Assembly: GCA_010405405.1 (NCBI GenBank)
Contig: MU004232.1
Location: 1,445,481-1,509,480 of the forward strand
Length of the DNA stretch: 64,000 bases
Direction: 5' to 3'
From: Microthyrium microscopicum
Taxonomy: Eukaryota
The translations under genes and the position numbers were made by a program. Below the pieces are notes generated by a model that made no database searches, had not been told where the DNA came from, and saw only the letters and a list, made by a program, of their open reading frames with translations. Positions 62,939 to 64,000 of the stretch are shown in pieces (position 1 is the first letter of the stretch; every line of letters begins with the position of its first letter).

Positions 62939-63334
62939 CACGATAAATTGCGCAAGTGTGCTGAGGATATCAGAGCCGAAGAGCTGCTCTTGAGACAGCG
63001 TGGATGAATATGCCTTGACGCAAGCCAGATCCTTGTGCTCGTCCGGCTGCTGGACCTCGTTGCCAGTATTATTGGATTTGAGTGGGATCGTGACAGGCTT
63101 CCAGAATTTCAGAACTTGGTCAACCATTAATGCTGCGTTCACTAGCTATTTGCTTGAAACCTTGAGATACCACAATTGAATTCTTGTATTACTACTGCAA
63201 CATAACCATTCTTTTATGCTCTATTACGTCAGTCTCTCAACTAATCGGCACTCATGGTCGATTGGGCCTGGGATTTGCAACTACACATGATTAAATTGAC
63301 ATCACAAGGGACAGCTCAGCAAAGTTTGGATCAA

Positions 63335-64000
63335 TTACGGTGATCGCTCGCGCTTCAACTCCTCCTCCAATTGCTGTTCCAAACGCGAGTCCATATCTGA
63401 AAGCTCTTGCAACCGGGACAGTCTTGCTCTCTCTTCTCGAATGCGGTTCTGCTGCTCCCGCAGAGCGTTGATATTGCTGTTTGTACTCGGCGAGATAGCA
63501 TCAGTAGCTGACGACGACACACTCGTTCTGTCAACAGGCGTACTTGGAAAAGCAACTGGCTGAGACCCCGACAGCAGCGAGTGCGCAGCCTGAGGGGATC
63601 CTTCATAATGCGTTACAGCGGAATGGCTGGGACTTTCAGTTGCTCGCGCGGCGGATTGCTCAGACAAATTATCCGAGATTCGTGACATTGGACGGTTCTC
63701 ACCAGACAGTTCTGGCAAGCGATTGTCCCTTTGTGAAACCGGACGAGCTTCTGCTGGCATTTCTGACATGATCGGGTAGTATGTGTTGTTGGGATAGTTT
63801 TGATATGCTTCACTGTGTTGAGGTGGGCTGCCAACGATATTGGACGAGACGCCTCTGGTGGAGACAGCTGCTATGGGTGGTTTCGCGCTTTCAGGACGGT
63901 ATGTGTTCTCAGGAGGATAGGCGGTTGCGAGAGTGTTGATTTGGTGGCCTCCGCCATAGCCAGTCCCTAGAAAGATCATTATTAGCGATTTGTTCCCTTT
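63335..64000 (-). CDS. 3' exon of a gene truncated by the window edge; disordered tail with terminal coiled coil
   Basis: Acceptor gctaat..ttctag near 63968, then ~210 open codons ending LREQQNRIREERARLSRLQEL. Confidence 0.7.
   Translation of the reverse strand, partial: KGNKSLIMIFLGTGYGGGHQINTLATAYPPENTYRPESAKPPIAAVSTRGVSSNIVGSPPQHSEAYQNYPNNTYYPIMSEMPAEARPVSQRDNRLPELSGENRPMSRISDNLSEQSAARATESPSHSAVTHYEGSPQAAHSLLSGSQPVAFPSTPVDRTSVSSSATDAISPSTNSNINALREQQNRIREERARLSRLQELSDMDSRLEQQLEEELKRERSP

Noticed and set aside
1..64000. tRNA, rRNA, LTR retroelements, CRISPR arrays
   Set aside because: None recognised by eye; a tRNAscan-SE or Infernal run would be needed to exclude small RNAs.

Overview
Eukaryotic, intron-rich DNA (GT-AG introns with CTRAC/CTAAY branch sites) from a filamentous ascomycete (Pezizomycotina; Dothideomycete-like is only an impression). 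About 20 genes. Recognisable ones: a secreted alpha/beta-hydrolase, a DHA1 MFS transporter, alpha-tubulin, a Pga1-like ER protein, a Sel1-repeat protein, a DUF4139/4140 protein, an Atg37/ACBD5-like acyl-CoA-binding protein, a SNF2 ATPase, a Clr2-N protein, a yapsin-like protease, URK1 and GID8. Three RIP-mutated DNA transposons have identifiable ends: a 642-bp TA-flanked MITE-like element, a 3985-bp TA-flanked TIR element with an unrecognised ORF, and a 3170-bp Mutator element with a 10-bp TSD. Most notable: (1) three tandem, highly diverged, intact paralogues of an unrecognised helical protein family with identical intron positions (6.4-11.5 kb); (2) two box C/D snoRNAs in GID8 introns; (3) a Clr2-N gene split by one in-frame TAG, close to an intronless SNF2-PHD gene; (4) a double-F-box gene whose first ATG lies 9 nt after the upstream stop codon; (5) a HeLo-like/SesA-type N-terminus on a Sel1 protein. 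All gene models were spliced by eye and family names are from recall, not database searches.
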